Shown here: positions 63,613-64,000 of the stretch, in pieces
How positions within the stretch are numbered: the stretch's first letter is position 1
How the letters are laid out: every line of letters starts with the position of its first letter
Source of the DNA: Felis catus
Taxonomy: Eukaryota
NCBI RefSeq assembly: GCF_018350175.1
Contig: NC_058368.1
Location: 112,036,001-112,100,000 of the forward strand
Length of the DNA stretch: 64,000 nucleotides
Direction of reading: 5' to 3'
Position numbers and translations under genes: made by a program
The notes under the pieces: generated by a model
The model's database searches: none
Seen by the model: only the letters and a program-made list of their open reading frames with translations
What the model was told of the DNA's origin: nothing

Positions 63613-64000
63613 GTCATTCATTCATTCATTCGTTCATTCATCACAGTTGTGTCTATTTACACAGGTTTCAGCATAAGGCCCCAGGCAGGCATAATCAGTA
63701 CACAGAAGGACTAAATGATCACTTACCTGCACGGTCCCTCTGAGCATCAGTCACCCCCAACTCTGGTACTCCCCGAGTTTACCGTCATCAGGTGCTGGAC
63801 ATTGTTTTCTTGGCACCCCCCACCTGTCAGTCAGGCCCTTACCCTCACCAGGCCTGCCACTCTTAGGAGACCTGATGTGCTCATTATAAGTTAGGGCTGA
63901 AAAAACAAACTGTAGCAAACTTCCAATTATTATTTATAGCCGTATGGTTACTCAGTTTTATCTATTTTTGTGTGTAGAGACATTTTATATAGAAAAATCT

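Overview
Mammalian genomic DNA from a carnivore, very probably a felid (many Can-SINE/SINEC_Fc-type tRNA-derived SINEs). It covers the NEUROG1-CXCL14 locus. Two protein-coding genes lie on the minus strand: single-exon NEUROG1 (CDS 4375-5106, 243 aa proneural bHLH factor) and four-exon CXCL14 (CDS 47150 to 40353, 99 aa chemokine). Three CpG islands are present: one at each promoter and an orphan island about 8 kb upstream of NEUROG1. The interval also holds motif-rich candidate neural enhancers, several CTCF-like motifs, and many SINE, MIR, L2, MaLR and hAT relics. The two most unusual observations are (1) a tailless retro-insertion of the 5' half of tRNA-Gln(CTG) flanked by a perfect 21-bp target-site duplication at 19.7 kb, and (2) a ~75-bp, ~92% identical inverted repeat enclosing 419 bp of motif-rich unique DNA at 15.9-16.5 kb. 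I found no evidence of a wholly new multi-gene system. Repeat family names and comparisons to human/mouse come from recalled consensus sequences, not from a search.
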